DNA of 64,000 nt from Harriotta raleighana (lineage: Eukaryota). Positions 1 to 13,470 of the stretch are shown here, piece after piece. The DNA lies in NCBI GenBank assembly GCA_050575255.1, contig JBNZDD010013714.1:8392163-8456162 (forward strand). Direction: 5' to 3'. The notes under the pieces are model-generated. The model was not told the DNA's origin. It saw nothing but the letters and a program-made list of their open reading frames with translations, and searched no databases. A program made the position numbers and the translations under genes. Position 1 is the first letter of the stretch. Each line of letters starts with the position of its first letter.

Positions 1-322
1 GACTGTCCAGCCACCGCTCCCTGTCCTCGCCGCCCGCCCGGACCATCTCCAAAAAGGCGGGAACCAGGTCATCGATGGCAATGGCCGATCCCTCTCCTCC
101 CCACTGGGACGCTGGGTGCGCTCCCGGCCCTCCTCCTCCCGCTCCACCGCACACATCCGTCATCCGCCCAGGCCCGTGTCCTCGACTCTCAGGCCACTGA
201 CCCCGCCACTCAGGCCTGTGTCCCCACCGCTCCAGCTCCACGGCCGCCGATCCCCGGGTCGAGTCACCGGGCCTGTGCGGCTCCGGCTCAGCCACAGTCC
301 GACTCCATCCTCGACTCCCACC
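1..322. other. GC/CpG-rich low-complexity segment, probably a transposon fragment truncated by the window edge
   Basis: Very GC- and CpG-rich against an AT-rich background, with internal repeats (caggcc.gtgtcc, tcctcgactc). It ends abruptly at a SINE-type 3' tail. Confidence 0.4.
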
Positions 323-380
323 TTAAGACATCTCGACAACATATAAATGTGCTGTACCAAATGCAAGGCTTATTATTATA
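323..380 (+). mobile_element. SINE 3' tail (L2-like)
   Basis: agacatctcg...gtgctgtaccaaatgcaaggcttattattat matches the tail of the full SINE at 41479-41785. Confidence 0.65.
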
Positions 381-1352
381 CACAGTATTTAGCTTTACAT
401 TCATGGTTAATGACAGGCTTCGTTCTCTATCTAATAGATTATACTATCTCTATATTATAAACTGCATCTATACCAATGCAGTTTTATGTTTTATTTGAAA
501 ACATGTAAGTCAATCAGAGTTTTGTTCAAAAAGCATAGTGCAAGCAGATTAAATTCAACTATACTTCAGTACAAATTTAAGTCTATTTTTATAGAAGATG
601 GTAGCTGCATAGTATTGCAATATGCATGATGCAGCTCATAATGTTTATGTTTGTGGTGGTATCAGGCAGTGTACAGGATAAAAATGCATTAAAAAGTCAT
701 ATCATAAAGATTTACTATTAATCAGCATGTTTGACCTGTCAGTAAGATTGAAGGATCGGACAGCATTTCTCTTGCATGGTTAAAAATGTCTTGTTGATGA
801 ATCATGTGCTTTAAATTGCTGATCACAAGATCCAAGCCCAACAATAATGAAACTCTATGTACTACATGTTTCTCTTAACACACCAATAACCATCCATCTG
901 CTTTTCGTGTTGTCGGTACTTTAGGCCCAAGCGAAGTGTTGACACTGGTTTTGCCTTGACAAATGGAGAGTGCAGACTGTATGACTAACTTAGTAACAAA
1001 GTGATTGGGAGAAAAAAACAGCAAAGCCATCACATTTTTAATTTATTAGGGAGGGTTTTATATCTTAGGATTGAATTTATTGCATAAAAGTTTGAAGCTG
1101 CAGTCTATGAAGTGATCCCCCCTGCTAAGATCCAACAGTATCATTTCCTGTTTCACTTCATAATAATCATCAAAGAAAGGCATAGCTGTTTTTGCTGAGA
1201 CAAAACCCCAACTGCCTACATATAAATGAGTTAACAATCTTTTAAAAACCTTTCCACATGCGATAGTAATAAATACCACATGCAGGCTTTCTTACAGGGA
1301 GTCTCAGGAAGGGTAATTTCCGTGTCCACCACAGACTCCTGGTTTAAACAAG

Positions 1353-1692
1353 ATAATAAATAAAATCCGTGCAATTTGATATAGCACCTCATCACATCAT
1401 TGAGACATCTCAAACTGATGTCTTTACATCTTTACTGTCAACTGTAGTGAATGTGTATTTCTAAGCAAATGACACAGCTGATTTGCTCACAGCAATGTCC
1501 CACAAAAAACAAAATTTAAAAAAAATGAAGTCAGTGATTAGAGTTTTGTCAGCAAGGACAAGTGCCATGAGATCTTTTATAGTCACCTAAACAGGCAGAC
1601 AGGACATTGATTTAACATGTTATCTGAGGAATGACACCTCGCACAATGCAGCATATCCCCCCACTACTGTAAAGTAGTGATAGCCTAGACTG
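1353..1692 (-). mobile_element. Deu-domain SINE fragment
   Basis: Reverse tail (gcaatttgatatagcacc), core cacagcaatgtcccaca, and Deu-like gtgccatgagatcttt...caggcagac...gacacctc...caatgcagca. Homologous to copies at 2045, 19255 and 62030. Confidence 0.7.
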
Positions 1693-2044
1693 TACTATGG
1701 TAATTGCATGATATACTGTACTGTAAAGGTAACTGGAATAATTGCCCTTGAACCTCAATTTGTGGAATAACTATTTTCTTTAGAATTTAGAGAGCTTGCA
1801 ATAATGAATAATATCAGGTAACAAATAATTTAATAAATAAGTAGCAAGTGTCGTAATGTAATAAAAAGATTATTCATGCAGAATAAAAATTAATCTCTGC
1901 TGTAATGATTATTACTATGGTTAATTATAAGACAAGAGGCATGGATATAGCTGCAGGAAGGGTCAATGGTTATGCTCGCTCAAGTAACTGCTCGTCAAGG
2001 CAAAACAAAATGAGAATAAGACAGTACTTCAGGAAAAAAAAACC

Positions 2045-2455
2045 TATGCATTTGATTTGAGTCATTCACATTGTCAGGACGTCTTAAAATAATTCACAGG
2101 ATTTTACTGTTAAATGGGTCGACTGTGTATTCTGTAGTCAAACATGAGCACAGCAATGTCCCACAAACAACTATGGAGTGAGTGTTCAAACTGACCTGGG
2201 GGTGTTGGTTGGAAGACCAAAATAAACCTCCCCCCACCCCACCCCCTTCTTGAATGTTACCTTGGGATCTTTGACATCCACCTGAAAAAATAAGCATGAT
2301 TTTAGCTCAAGATCTCACCTAAAGGATGGCTTCATCAATGTGTCGCTTGCCCAGGATTGCATTGGAGTATCAGCCCAGACCATGAGTTCCAGTTCTGACA
2401 CAGGGCTTGCCACAACCTTCTAATTCAGAGGCTACCAACTGAGCCAAGCTGAGAC
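2045..2455 (-). mobile_element. Near full-length tRNA-headed Deu-domain SINE (SacSINE1-like)
   Basis: Minus strand starts ggctcagttggtagc (A box), then ggctgatactccaatgca...tcaggtggatgtcaaagatccc...tgtgggacattgctgtg and an L2-like tail. Confidence 0.75.
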
Positions 2456-2899
2456 ACCCCGTAAAATAAAGATGAAAGGATTCATAAATTCCCTATCATT
2501 TCTATTATTTATTCAGGGGTAAACTTTCTTTGGAGAGACTTTCTGGTAATTACTGATAATTCATGATGACGGTTTCCATTGAAACCTTTTGTTAATAACT
2601 TGGCTTATGCTATTTCTCTTTGTGTGATTTTTGGTGTAAGCTAACAAATTCTGGGGACCAAAGACAGCAAGATACGACTGCAATCAATCTGAAGCTGGTT
2701 CATCCAGCACTAAGGTGCTTAGAGTCAAGCAATCAACTGTTACTTGCTTTGGATTTATCATCCACATACATACTTCTCTACTGTTAGTCTACTACCCAGC
2801 TGTGAGAGCTTTCCTTAACAATGTACAGCACACAGTTAGAGGCTATTCTCTGGCACTTTCCAATAATGAAATGAAACAAAATATGCAAGTAGTATATCT

Positions 2900-3737
2900 A
2901 CGCTCTGGGTTAGTACTGGCAGAGGAAAATGTAAAAGAGACCCAGGGGTGCTAGTTATCTCATTGCTTACCATAACCCAAACATTATGAGTTAACAGTAA
3001 ACAAGATAACTGGGATGCTGGGCTACCTAGCCAAATCGATTCAGATCCATAGAAATCATGGTCAAGCTATATCATGCTCTGCTTAAGCTGCACCTGGAAT
3101 GAGATATGTATAGTTATAGTCAGGGCTCAGGCCTGGATTGAATGCAAAGAACAGTGAGGATATTCTTCAGTGTTAGAGAGATCATCTCTGAGCAATAATT
3201 CGATAAGTTGGAGGCTTTTCAGCCTTGAAAAGAGATATCTTAGAGAATACCTTATGGAATGATATAAGAAACTAAATGACATTAAGAAAGTAAACCTAGA
3301 ATAATATCAGCCAACAAAGAGTCTGAAATATGAGACTTGATATGCAATTGAAATAGAATTGATTTTTTTAAGTCTATCTGGCTTATTAGGTGCCTTGCAT
3401 TGGACATACAATGCAATACACACATTGCGTTGCGCAATACCCATACACACTTGGACAGTGTGATATTGTAAGAAAAATCAGAAGGATATATTTTGGCAAA
3501 TATATTTTGTGGATGATTATTGAACAGCATTCAATAAACAATTTATAACATGTCAATGCTACAAAATAAGATATTTACTGTAAAAACTGAAGCATTACAA
3601 GAGGAGAAATTTGCAGGGCTATGGGGAGAGAGTGAGGGAGTGGGACTAATTTGGACAGTTCTTTCAAAGAGCCAGTGGGGACATGATGGGCTGAATGGCC
3701 TCCTTCTGTGCTATATAAGTCTACGATTTTATGATTA
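2900..3737 (+). mobile_element. Degenerate CR1 LINE 3' portion
   Basis: An LFSLEKR-like remnant (cttttcagccttgaaaagaga, ~3215) and a typical CR1 3' end gatgggctgaatggcctccttctgtgct...ttttatgatt at 3684-3737. Confidence 0.65.
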
Positions 3738-6700
3738 ACATTGTAAATTGTGACTCTGGGTTAAATAATGTTCAATAATGAATCGCTTCCTAACTCGCAA
3801 AATAGGAATGTATAGGATCAGAAAAATACATTGGCCCTAAAATTTGAAAAAGACAATATCTTTTATATTTTTTCATTACTTCTTTTGATAATAATCTATC
3901 CAGCTTCTTCTTGAATTTGCCAAAACTGACTCCTCAGCAGTCTGTTCTATCATTGCCACTCTGTGTAAAGCAATTAAATCTAACAATCTATTCACCTCTT
4001 CTGAATTGAATCCTTGCTTCATTATATACTAGTAGCTTTTATTGTTCTGTCAAACATATTATTTAGTTCTTATTTGTCGAGATCCTTTAAAATACATTTG
4101 CCCACAAATACACATTCACTTTGCAATATATCCTGTGAAGCACTTTCTTCCATTCTCTGAATTTAAAAGGTTCTGTATCAAATGTAAGGATTGTTATTAT
4201 TTAGTATTGTTAATGTTAAAAATTTCAATACAAATTTTCTATGAGGCTTCCATGAACAAAATAGAGGAATTCAATACTGTACATTTGGTTTTAGATGTAG
4301 AAATAAAGAATAAGACAATTAAATCATGCAACATGATACCTACTTGTAGTTGAGAATTAATGCTTTTTTTCAGATGTAAGTTTTGCAAAGGAAAGATTGT
4401 CACAGTCTGGTCACAGATCCATAAAGCCTGAGTGTGAAGTCCAGGTGGCAGAAGAAACAAAAGCTAACTTCAGCTTACTAAGTAATATGCGACTGAAAGA
4501 CATCTTGAGGAAAGGCAAAAGAACACTGAGGGCTGGAAGATATGAACAGATCTAGTTGCTGTCTTGTATGTCTCAAAAGATCTTAGTTTGAAAGCTCATT
4601 TTGACTAAAGTGGTATGTTGTATCATCTGTTGATACCTACCACTGACATCTCCTCAACCAATCCACTGTGTACAACAAAAGAAGAAGAATGACATATCTG
4701 TCCTTTTATTGTACACTATCCAGCCACGGAAAATTTAATGTATAGTGAAGATGTCATGAAGGTGTCATTGTATTACTCATTGTCTACTGATACATGGAAC
4801 TCCCAGTCCCAGTAGTATTTTGATAGATGTTAAAAGTCATACTAAATCACCAGCCTTGTGATCTTTACTGTTTTCCTTTTGTTTTGTGTGTTGGTATTTG
4901 CGCTCCAAAAGGGAATGATAACAAGTGAAACTAATATAATTGTGAGTAAGTTCTCTCATTCATGTCCATAGAGCGGAAGTACTGTACTATATTTCCTCCC
5001 TCCCCACCCGAGCAATATTTTATCACACCAGGCATGAGGTATCCATCAGTTGCTGTGAAGAATTCCCCTCACACATCGTTGACAATGTCAGATCATTATC
5101 CGTTCTGCATGTGGGATTTAAATTCAGGTTTCAGCATTGAAGAAATTGTGCTCTCACCAGCGATGATTGTATTGTTTAGACTTGACATGGTCCTTTACAT
5201 GAAAGATTCTTTGATCTCATCAGGGATGGAGCCAAAGTTTTTTTAGGTGTGTATGGGGGAGTGGGGTGGGAATGAAGCAAATAATTACTTCAGAGGGATT
5301 TGTGAGCACACATATAGCAGTTAGATGTATCATCTCTATGTGTGTTTCTCAATTCATTTTGCAATGTGCTATTTTGAAGTGCTATTTGTGACTTGCCCTC
5401 ATTTTGACTGATCCTCTTGTGGAACAGCCAAATAGTTGATTTAAAAAAAAATCTGCAAAGTGCATCAAGTTTAACTGAAATTGGAAAAAAATCAAATAAA
5501 CAGATTCAAACAACTTGCCCTTCAAAGGGTGTGTGTCAACCGCATGCTCTTGGATCTTGCCTTGTTGCAATACTTTGCATCACCATGTGGCGTTGAGGGT
5601 TTTTCCTTTTCTTTTTCGAATTGGGACACTTTTGGGATACTCTGGATACTCTTGGGAGTTAAATTGTATTTTTACCTATTCCTTGTATTAGAACCATGTT
5701 GATGTATGCTGCTGTAGGAGACCATTCAGCCCATTTTCATGTTGCTGTTTGCTCCCCAAAACGGCTTCTCTATCCTTTTCCCAGTTCCCCATCCTTTCCC
5801 CCCACACCCTCTAACACCCACGCACTAACCAACACAAGGAATGGGTTAACAAAGAAGAGGTTAACAGGCACTGCAAATTTTTTACCCCTTTATTTCCTGA
5901 TTATTTTTTAGGATACGTTGAGTTTCTAAAGAGTGGTTTTATTTATTTTTTAACTTACTTTAGTGCTCTTTTGCAAATGAACACAGTGTCTGAATAGACA
6001 TTAATAACAATGATAGCACAAATTACATACGTTAAGTAGTAGCAGATGCATGTGAACAGCATCAGATTTGCATTTATGCCTAAAATTGCAATTTAACTGG
6101 CCTTGGTGCCTTGGCACTGAGTTGAAGTGTTGTACTTAAATTACATTACAGTATATGCAAATATAGCTTTTGTTCCTACCCAGTGCTGAATCTGCCATTT
6201 TGTTTGATTCAGATGCAATTACTTGTAACAATAAATGAAACCACCACGGCTCTAAAGTTTAGCATTTTCTTTTCCCCTGAAGAAAGGCATGATTGTAGTT
6301 TTTTTTTAAAAACTCTGCTAAAAGTGGATTATTTCTTCAAAAAAATTATCCATATTCTAGTTTCACACAGAAAAGGGATTTGTTGCATGGATCATTCATT
6401 ATTGGTCATTATTGTACTGTACTAATCCTTAGATTATTCCTGTTTCTGGGATATTTTCTATCCCTGAAGTAGCTGAAGATTCAATGACACCTGCAGGTCA
6501 CTGAACAGGAAGATAACCAATAAATGTTAGGCACGTCATGCACAAAAACATCTCCACGCTTGCCATAACACGTTCTGAAACCCACTGTTGGTTGTCACTA
6601 TTACCACACATTCAAATGATGGGGTCTAACATGCGGAGATTTCTAAAGGAATTCTTTATATGAGTAGGGACGTCCTCGGGGGAACTGGAACAATGTTGTG

Positions 6701-9594
6701 CTCGTGTCACGCCCACTCCACTCTGAAAGATCGCATCAGAGTACAGTTGCTGCAAGTGGTTTGTGTTTCTTTACCAAGATACCCTGTTAGAAATTGTCAC
6801 ACGGATTGCTCATAGAGATCTTATTTTGTGCTGGTGTAAAATTAGATTTACAGTCGTACGAGGCTCTCTTTGAAATTTGCCCTCTTTGAAATATGCCAGC
6901 ATCCTACACATGCATTTTCAAATGAAATATAACAATGCTTGCATTGTTTATTCTACTATTATAAAATTATCCAGACAGTGTAAATCAATTAACCTTATTC
7001 AGTCTTTGAAGCAACTCCTCAAGTAACTGGCAAAAACTCCTCTTCTGCAAATTGTGCCATGGGCTCTTTAACATATACCTAGAGAGCCAGACTGGGCCTG
7101 TTTGCAAAATAACAAAGCCGCAATTATTAACAGCATAGAAATTGTTGACAATGGTTTACGACTTATTTCTCTTCTGTCGATGACCCCAAATAACATCATT
7201 CTGTGACAGTTGCGAGTTATGTGGTCAGGCTTCTTGGCATTATGAAGGCAGATTGTGGACCTAACCACTGGGCCATGATAATGTATCCTCTCTTTCCTGA
7301 TTTCTACCTGATGTTATAGTGAATCAATTCTGAACCTTGCTTTTCTGTGATGTTATCTCAAAGCTTACATCTTTCCGAAAATAATGTTTTTCTCCAACTG
7401 GTTACAAAAGTGGCAGAATAAATTACAGCTTTCTAGAGATTACAAAAGCTAAAGAGGAATTCAAATAACTGAAGCGAGCCAAATGGATACTGCCAAATAA
7501 ATAATTTAGTATTCCCAGGTTTTGAATTCGGAAGTGACCTATAGAAGAACAGGGACTGTCAAAACTAGTATAGCCACTAAAATATGGACTAATATAATGC
7601 TTTAGGCATGCTAAAAAGATATTACTTTAAAAAAATGCTTTAAAAAAACAGTATTATGTATTCATCAGATACTGTAAATTGGAGAATGTGAGTGTGTGGG
7701 GGTGGGGAGTTGGGAGGGGTGGTGGGGGAGTTAGACTGCTGTATGTTTGAAATAAACAAGCATGTTGAGATTATAAATAGACTAGTCCCAACATTTACCA
7801 TTGTGGTCAATCTGCTGCATTTTAAACACCCAAATAATACAGATACCTTTCCAAAGCAGTAGAATGAGGTCTTCTGCGATAAGACTACAATCATCACATA
7901 AATATGTACTGTGCAACTCCCATAGTTGTTCACTTCATCACCCTGTCACTTTGATATAAAATATTATTGCGTTTGTGAAGCTCAGCCACAATTCAAATTC
8001 AGGGATTCATATTACAATCATGTAAATTCCACACAATAAAGCCATGAGGCCTACATGACCACAGTATTTGTTATTCTGTCCAGATTGTCCATAACCAGTT
8101 ATGGTCTGACTAGAATAGAATGCTGAATAGTGCTTCTGGGAAGATTTGACTATATCCAGATATTGGGAATGACATTACAAAGTAGCAGTGACTAAGGTAA
8201 TACGTCAACTCAAGCACTGCCTTGTAGGAAAATAAGAAGCAGTGTGGTACGCATCTCTCCATTATAAAACATTTTACATTATGCTATCCTGGAAGTTTCC
8301 ACAGCAAATTGCGAATTAGTTCTCAGCCGCAAGCTTGTTCGGACAAGAAATAAATTATCACATGAAAAACCTGATTTAAAAAAAAACACTTTAAGGAGCT
8401 GAACACTAGCATACCTGCAATCAGTTTCTGCTGCTAAAAAGCAGCTTGTTGCTGTGATGAAAGGGAAGATAGGATGGGTGATCTGGAAGGATGAGATTGG
8501 ATGGCTAAAGTGCCTTCTTCATTCAAACCAATCTTGTATGAGCTTGTTACCAGAGATCTATAAGATGGGTTGTGTGTTTTAAACAAGCCCATTTGTTTTG
8601 TTTGGCATGAAGTTAGCCTAATGCATACGAGGCACAGCAACTTTACCCACATTGTATTTTACCAGGAGTTCTAAGGAAGGTCTCTTTATTATAAGTTCTG
8701 AATGGATTTCTGAAGATCCAAATAAATTTGGATTATATGAAATCTAATTTTATTTAAAAAAGCATTTCTTTTCCTTCTCTTCTACCTCTCTATTTCACCA
8801 AATCTACCCAATTTAGATTGATTCAAAACTCTGCCCTGAAGCTTGGGGTCACAAAGCAGGTCCTACTGACATCTTGCCTACGTCCCAAGTGCATGTTGAA
8901 TTTAGACTGCTGTGTAAATTTACAGCATTACTCCAATCATCAGTTATTTGAATGCAATGAGAATGCTGACATATTTTTTTAAAAATGTATCAAGAGATTA
9001 TGGGTAATAATAGCTAACATTTAAAAGAGGGAATGTTTTATTCAATCAAGATCATTATTTATGTTATTAAAAGGCTGACTGAATTCCATTGCATTAAACC
9101 ATGACCACTCCATGAACACATCTATGGTTGAAGCTAATTTGCACACTGCCATCGGATTTTATACTACACAATGTTTGCATGCATGACCTTATAAAACCAG
9201 ATTATCTAGGGAGTCGTATACAAAACTTGTTTGGCAGCTATATTCCCCATATTTGGACCCTTGCTTATAATGAAATGACAGAGCTCATAAGCAACTGCAT
9301 TCAGCTCCAGATTTTTCACTTCGCCTTTTGAATTTGAAGATGTAGCACACAAACACATTTTACTTTCTTTGTCAAAGGTCTCTCGTCGCTTTGACTGTCA
9401 ACATTCCACAGTCGTCTCTTTTTTTTACCCTAAACCGCCAGTCAGTACTTGTACATTTGCATGTAGTGGATACGCTGACATGTTTTCGCATCTACATATT
9501 TCCACAGCATCAAAAATGTATGTAAATATGACTGACTCTTGCAGCCAAGATGTTTCTTTAAAATGTTGCAGCCTTGTGTTGAGTGGATTGTAAG

Positions 9595-9705
9595 TTTCTT
9601 CCTCAACGCCCTCCCCAACAATTTCTCCATTCACTGCCTTAGGACATCCTCTCGACACGAAAGGCACTCTATAAATGTAATTTTTGTTGTTGTTGTTTGT
9701 TGTTG
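9595..9705 (+). mobile_element. L2 LINE 3' tail
   Basis: gccttaggacatcctctc...gaaaggcactctataaatgtaattttt(gtt)n; the same tail occurs at 13400, 18554, 40365 and 60680. Confidence 0.65.
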
Positions 9706-12502
9706 AAAGCCTATTCACTTTGGACAGCCACAAGATAGCAGTCTGTGGAGATTTTCTGTCTCATCTTCTCTACTCTCTGTAGGTCTCCCACTTCTCAGCC
9801 CTCAACATAATAGCCTACAACTAAAACCAGACACTTAGCAGACATGGAGATGTCCATGGTAAGCTCCAACTCATTGGACTACTAAAATATGTTGAGATAT
9901 TACCATGGATAGAAATGAATGTACCAAGCTAGAAGCTGATGTGTTAAACATTGAGCTAATTATATAGAACACTATTAAATGCTTTTTTTCTCTCTCTCTC
10001 TTTCAATTTATCCTATCTTCTGAAGATGAGGAAGGATCTTTAGAAGATAGGAAAAATTACTTGAGTAAGATTAAGATTACATGGGTGCTATTTCACTCCC
10101 ACCTCATCACACACATACACAGACTCACTGAAATCCCTATTTTCCAGTGTAAACCTAGAAAGTGCTGGCACATTATTCAGCCAACTTTTTAAAATCAGCT
10201 TTAACCATCTCTTCCCATGTGATTTTTAACTAAGATTCCAGGAGAAGGGGAGAATGTTTAAAGGGCAAACTTGAACTTAGTCCATCTTCTTTTTTTACTC
10301 CCTTATTTACGTTTTGAACTGGGCATTGATCAGTTTAAGGGCTTCATAGAACCTTAAATTGAATCCTGAAAACATACAAGATACTACAGAAGTGGCAAAT
10401 AGCATCACAAACCTTTATATTGTATTTACTAAGAAGCTAACTACTGGTACATTTCTGCAGCCATCAGTAAGCAATGTCCACCTATTCGTATCAGCAGAAT
10501 GCAAGGTAGATTCAATGCCTGAATTTCCTGAAGCCAACTAAGGTTATCTTTGTAATTCCTCCCATATTAACGATCATCACCTTGGGTTTGTTACGGACTG
10601 CTACGCAAAGTTACGGACAGATTTATATACAGTACAAGGTGCCAGTATGTCTAGTTGCACATATTGCAGTCTGATAGATATTATTTGGAGAAAAGGTTGA
10701 ATCACAAGTTTGTCCATTCAATTCAGCACTGGTTTAAAAACCTCATTAAAATTAGATAGAAATGGAACCAAATGTGAAATTTTATTCAGGAATATGTAAA
10801 CGGTGGTTAACTCGTAAAACTCTAAAATATTCAAAGACTGGAATATTTAAATTGCACCATTTTCACTCTTGCAGGATATATTGCTGGATGTAGTTTAAAT
10901 TTTCACCTGAAGTTAGCATAATTGTCTCATTTTACCCTACCCGCACAATCATTACAGTGATGAGCCTGACACATACTGACATATTTTGGCAGGGAAGTAG
11001 CCTGCATGGCAGTTATATTACTTGTCTCCTTTTAACACTGCTTCTTTGAATGAGATCCAGGTATGTAGACTGACAATGGTGATATTATCAGAATGGACTA
11101 TGGTACCTGTGTAAGTAATTTGCAGAATTGTGTTCATGTTTTTATGCTAATTTTGAGGCAAGCAGCAGTGCTGTCCCTCGAATGACCTTTTGATGACACT
11201 CGAGATCGTATAATGTTCAGTTATAATAAATTCCTTAATGCACCCCATTTCTCCAGGTTCTATTTATTTGATAAGTAAGCCCTCAGGCTAGCCTACCAAA
11301 TTCCAACAGGTTACAATAAGGAAAATAATACGGAAGAGTGAAATTGTTTTGGCTACATAAGTACAAAGTATTCAAAATATTGCAGTGAAATGTCATTTCT
11401 GTTCAATTGTAATGAATTTGTCAACTAAATTTTATGTCCAACACAGTGTGAAACCTTGTTTTAATTACAAATTCAAAATAGACTAATTCACTAACAATGA
11501 AAATGGCCATACATTTTAATACGTAATTATTTATTTTAATTTTCACGGTAATAAAAGCAATCAACCTCAAAATTACAGTGCTGTGAAATCAGAGACCACA
11601 GATGTCCACAAGTATAGCAGACAGAAACTGCAGTGTCTAAAGTTTGGAAGCCGTACAGGCTTAACCAGGCTGGTTAAGAGCTGCCCGCAATAACAGTTAC
11701 ATCCAGAATTGATTAATAAATTAAAATCCAGATTTGATTTGGAATGAGGCTGGGACTTCAGCAGCAAGCGGAACAGGAACCACATTACTTGCATAGAAAC
11801 AATGTCAGACCTCAAAAATATTGGTGGAATCTCTTATTTCACCTTTGCTCGTGCTAAATAGCCACTATTAAAGGAGCACGGCAGTTTTCTCAGTCAAAGG
11901 TCAACATTTCTTAATGCAGCTAATGTTCAACAACTGCTGCTAAAGCATTACTTTCAAAAGATATTTCATACAGTTTTGCCTTGTGGGATTCCATTGATCA
12001 TTGTTTCTCAACCTTTCACCTTCACCATTATACACTTGTTGCCAAGGGAATTGTTGTGGATTAATACCAATGTTACAATACAAACTAGCCCTGGGACACT
12101 GTACTCCTATCATTTTCCCAAAGGGCACCTAACCATTGGTGCCTGAAAATCATAGATAGTTGAGTATCATATCTCAATTGGAGAAAATATTTGGGAACAT
12201 TATTTGCGTTTCATAAATTCTCAATCAATGAGCACAGGTCCCATAAATAGCAGTTAGCATAGATTCAGAAATAATGTTTCATGCTGCACAAATCTGCTGA
12301 GAATTTATCTTGTGAGGAACTAAGCCAGTGGAAATGAACTTTTCAGTAGATAGGATTTACAGAAGTTGGATTTTCAAAAGGCATTTGATAAAATTCTAAA
12401 TGTGAGATGAGAGACAAAATGTAAAGCTTGTGGTATTAATGGCGATAAATTTAGCTAGTTTGATCGAAAACTTCTGGTGAGAACCAGAAGAAGGTAATAA
12501 TT

Positions 12503-13470
12503 TTTGACACTGTGGACCACTCCGTCCTCCTACACTGCCTCTTCTCCCAGCTGAATCTTCATGGACATGCCTTCGCCTGGTTTGACTCTTATCTCTTTCA
12601 CCGTCTCCACTTTGTCGCCACCAATGACTTCTCCTCTAGCCGCCGCACTGTCACCTGTGACATTCCCCCAGGGCTCTCTTCTTGACCCCCTACTTTTCAA
12701 TATCTACATACAGTAAAAGCCCGTTTATCCAGCACCCACAGGACCTGGCCAGTGCCAGTTAAATGGCTTTCCGGTTGAACGTTTTTTTTTAAAAATCAAC
12801 AATTATTTTAACACATACCATATTAATAATAGACGAAATAATAACAGATAATAACAATATTGAGTGGGTATTTTATTGTAAATGTTGTATACTTCACCAT
12901 ATAAATAATAGTGTAAATACAGTAATAACAGATACTATAATAACAGAATATTGTATACTATAATAACAGAATATTGTATTAGTACTTTATTATTTATACT
13001 TAACTTCTGCAATGGCCGCCACGGGAAGAAAACAAAGTGGCAGTGCGACTTTTAAAAAAAACGGCAGCAGCGTGACTTTAGGCTGACAAGCCAATATACC
13101 TGCACAGTACTTGCATGCGACAAGCGATTCATTAAATGCATCATCGTTATTCTGCTGGATAACTTCTGGTTTATCGAATCGGGACTTTTTTTTGAGTTGC
13201 CGGTTCAACGGGTTTTCCAGTTCATCGAGTCATGGATAAACAGGCTTTTACTGTACATGATGACATCATCCGCAGACTGGGATCAAATTCCACATGTATG
13301 CGAATGACACTCAACTCTATATTTCTGCCTCTACCGTCAATTCCCGGACCACTGCTGTCCTGACAGACTGCCTGTCAGACATCATGTTGACTGTCCTGTG
13401 CCCTAGGACGTCCTCCCAATGTGAAAGGTGCTATACAAATGTAATTTTGTTGTTGTTGTTATTGTAGTTA
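12503..13470 (+). mobile_element. L2-clade LINE fragment (RT domain plus 3' tail), split by a MITE
   Basis: Translates FDTVDHSVLL...AWFDSYL...PQGS before the MITE and DIIRR...FHMYANDTQLY after it, followed by a (gtt)n tail. Confidence 0.85.
12711..13253. mobile_element. Tc1/mariner (Tigger/pogo-like) MITE
   Basis: TIRs cagtaaaagcccgtttatcc (12711-12730) and ggataaacaggcttttactg (13234-13253) match 19/20. TA on both sides; AT-rich non-coding interior. Confidence 0.9.
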
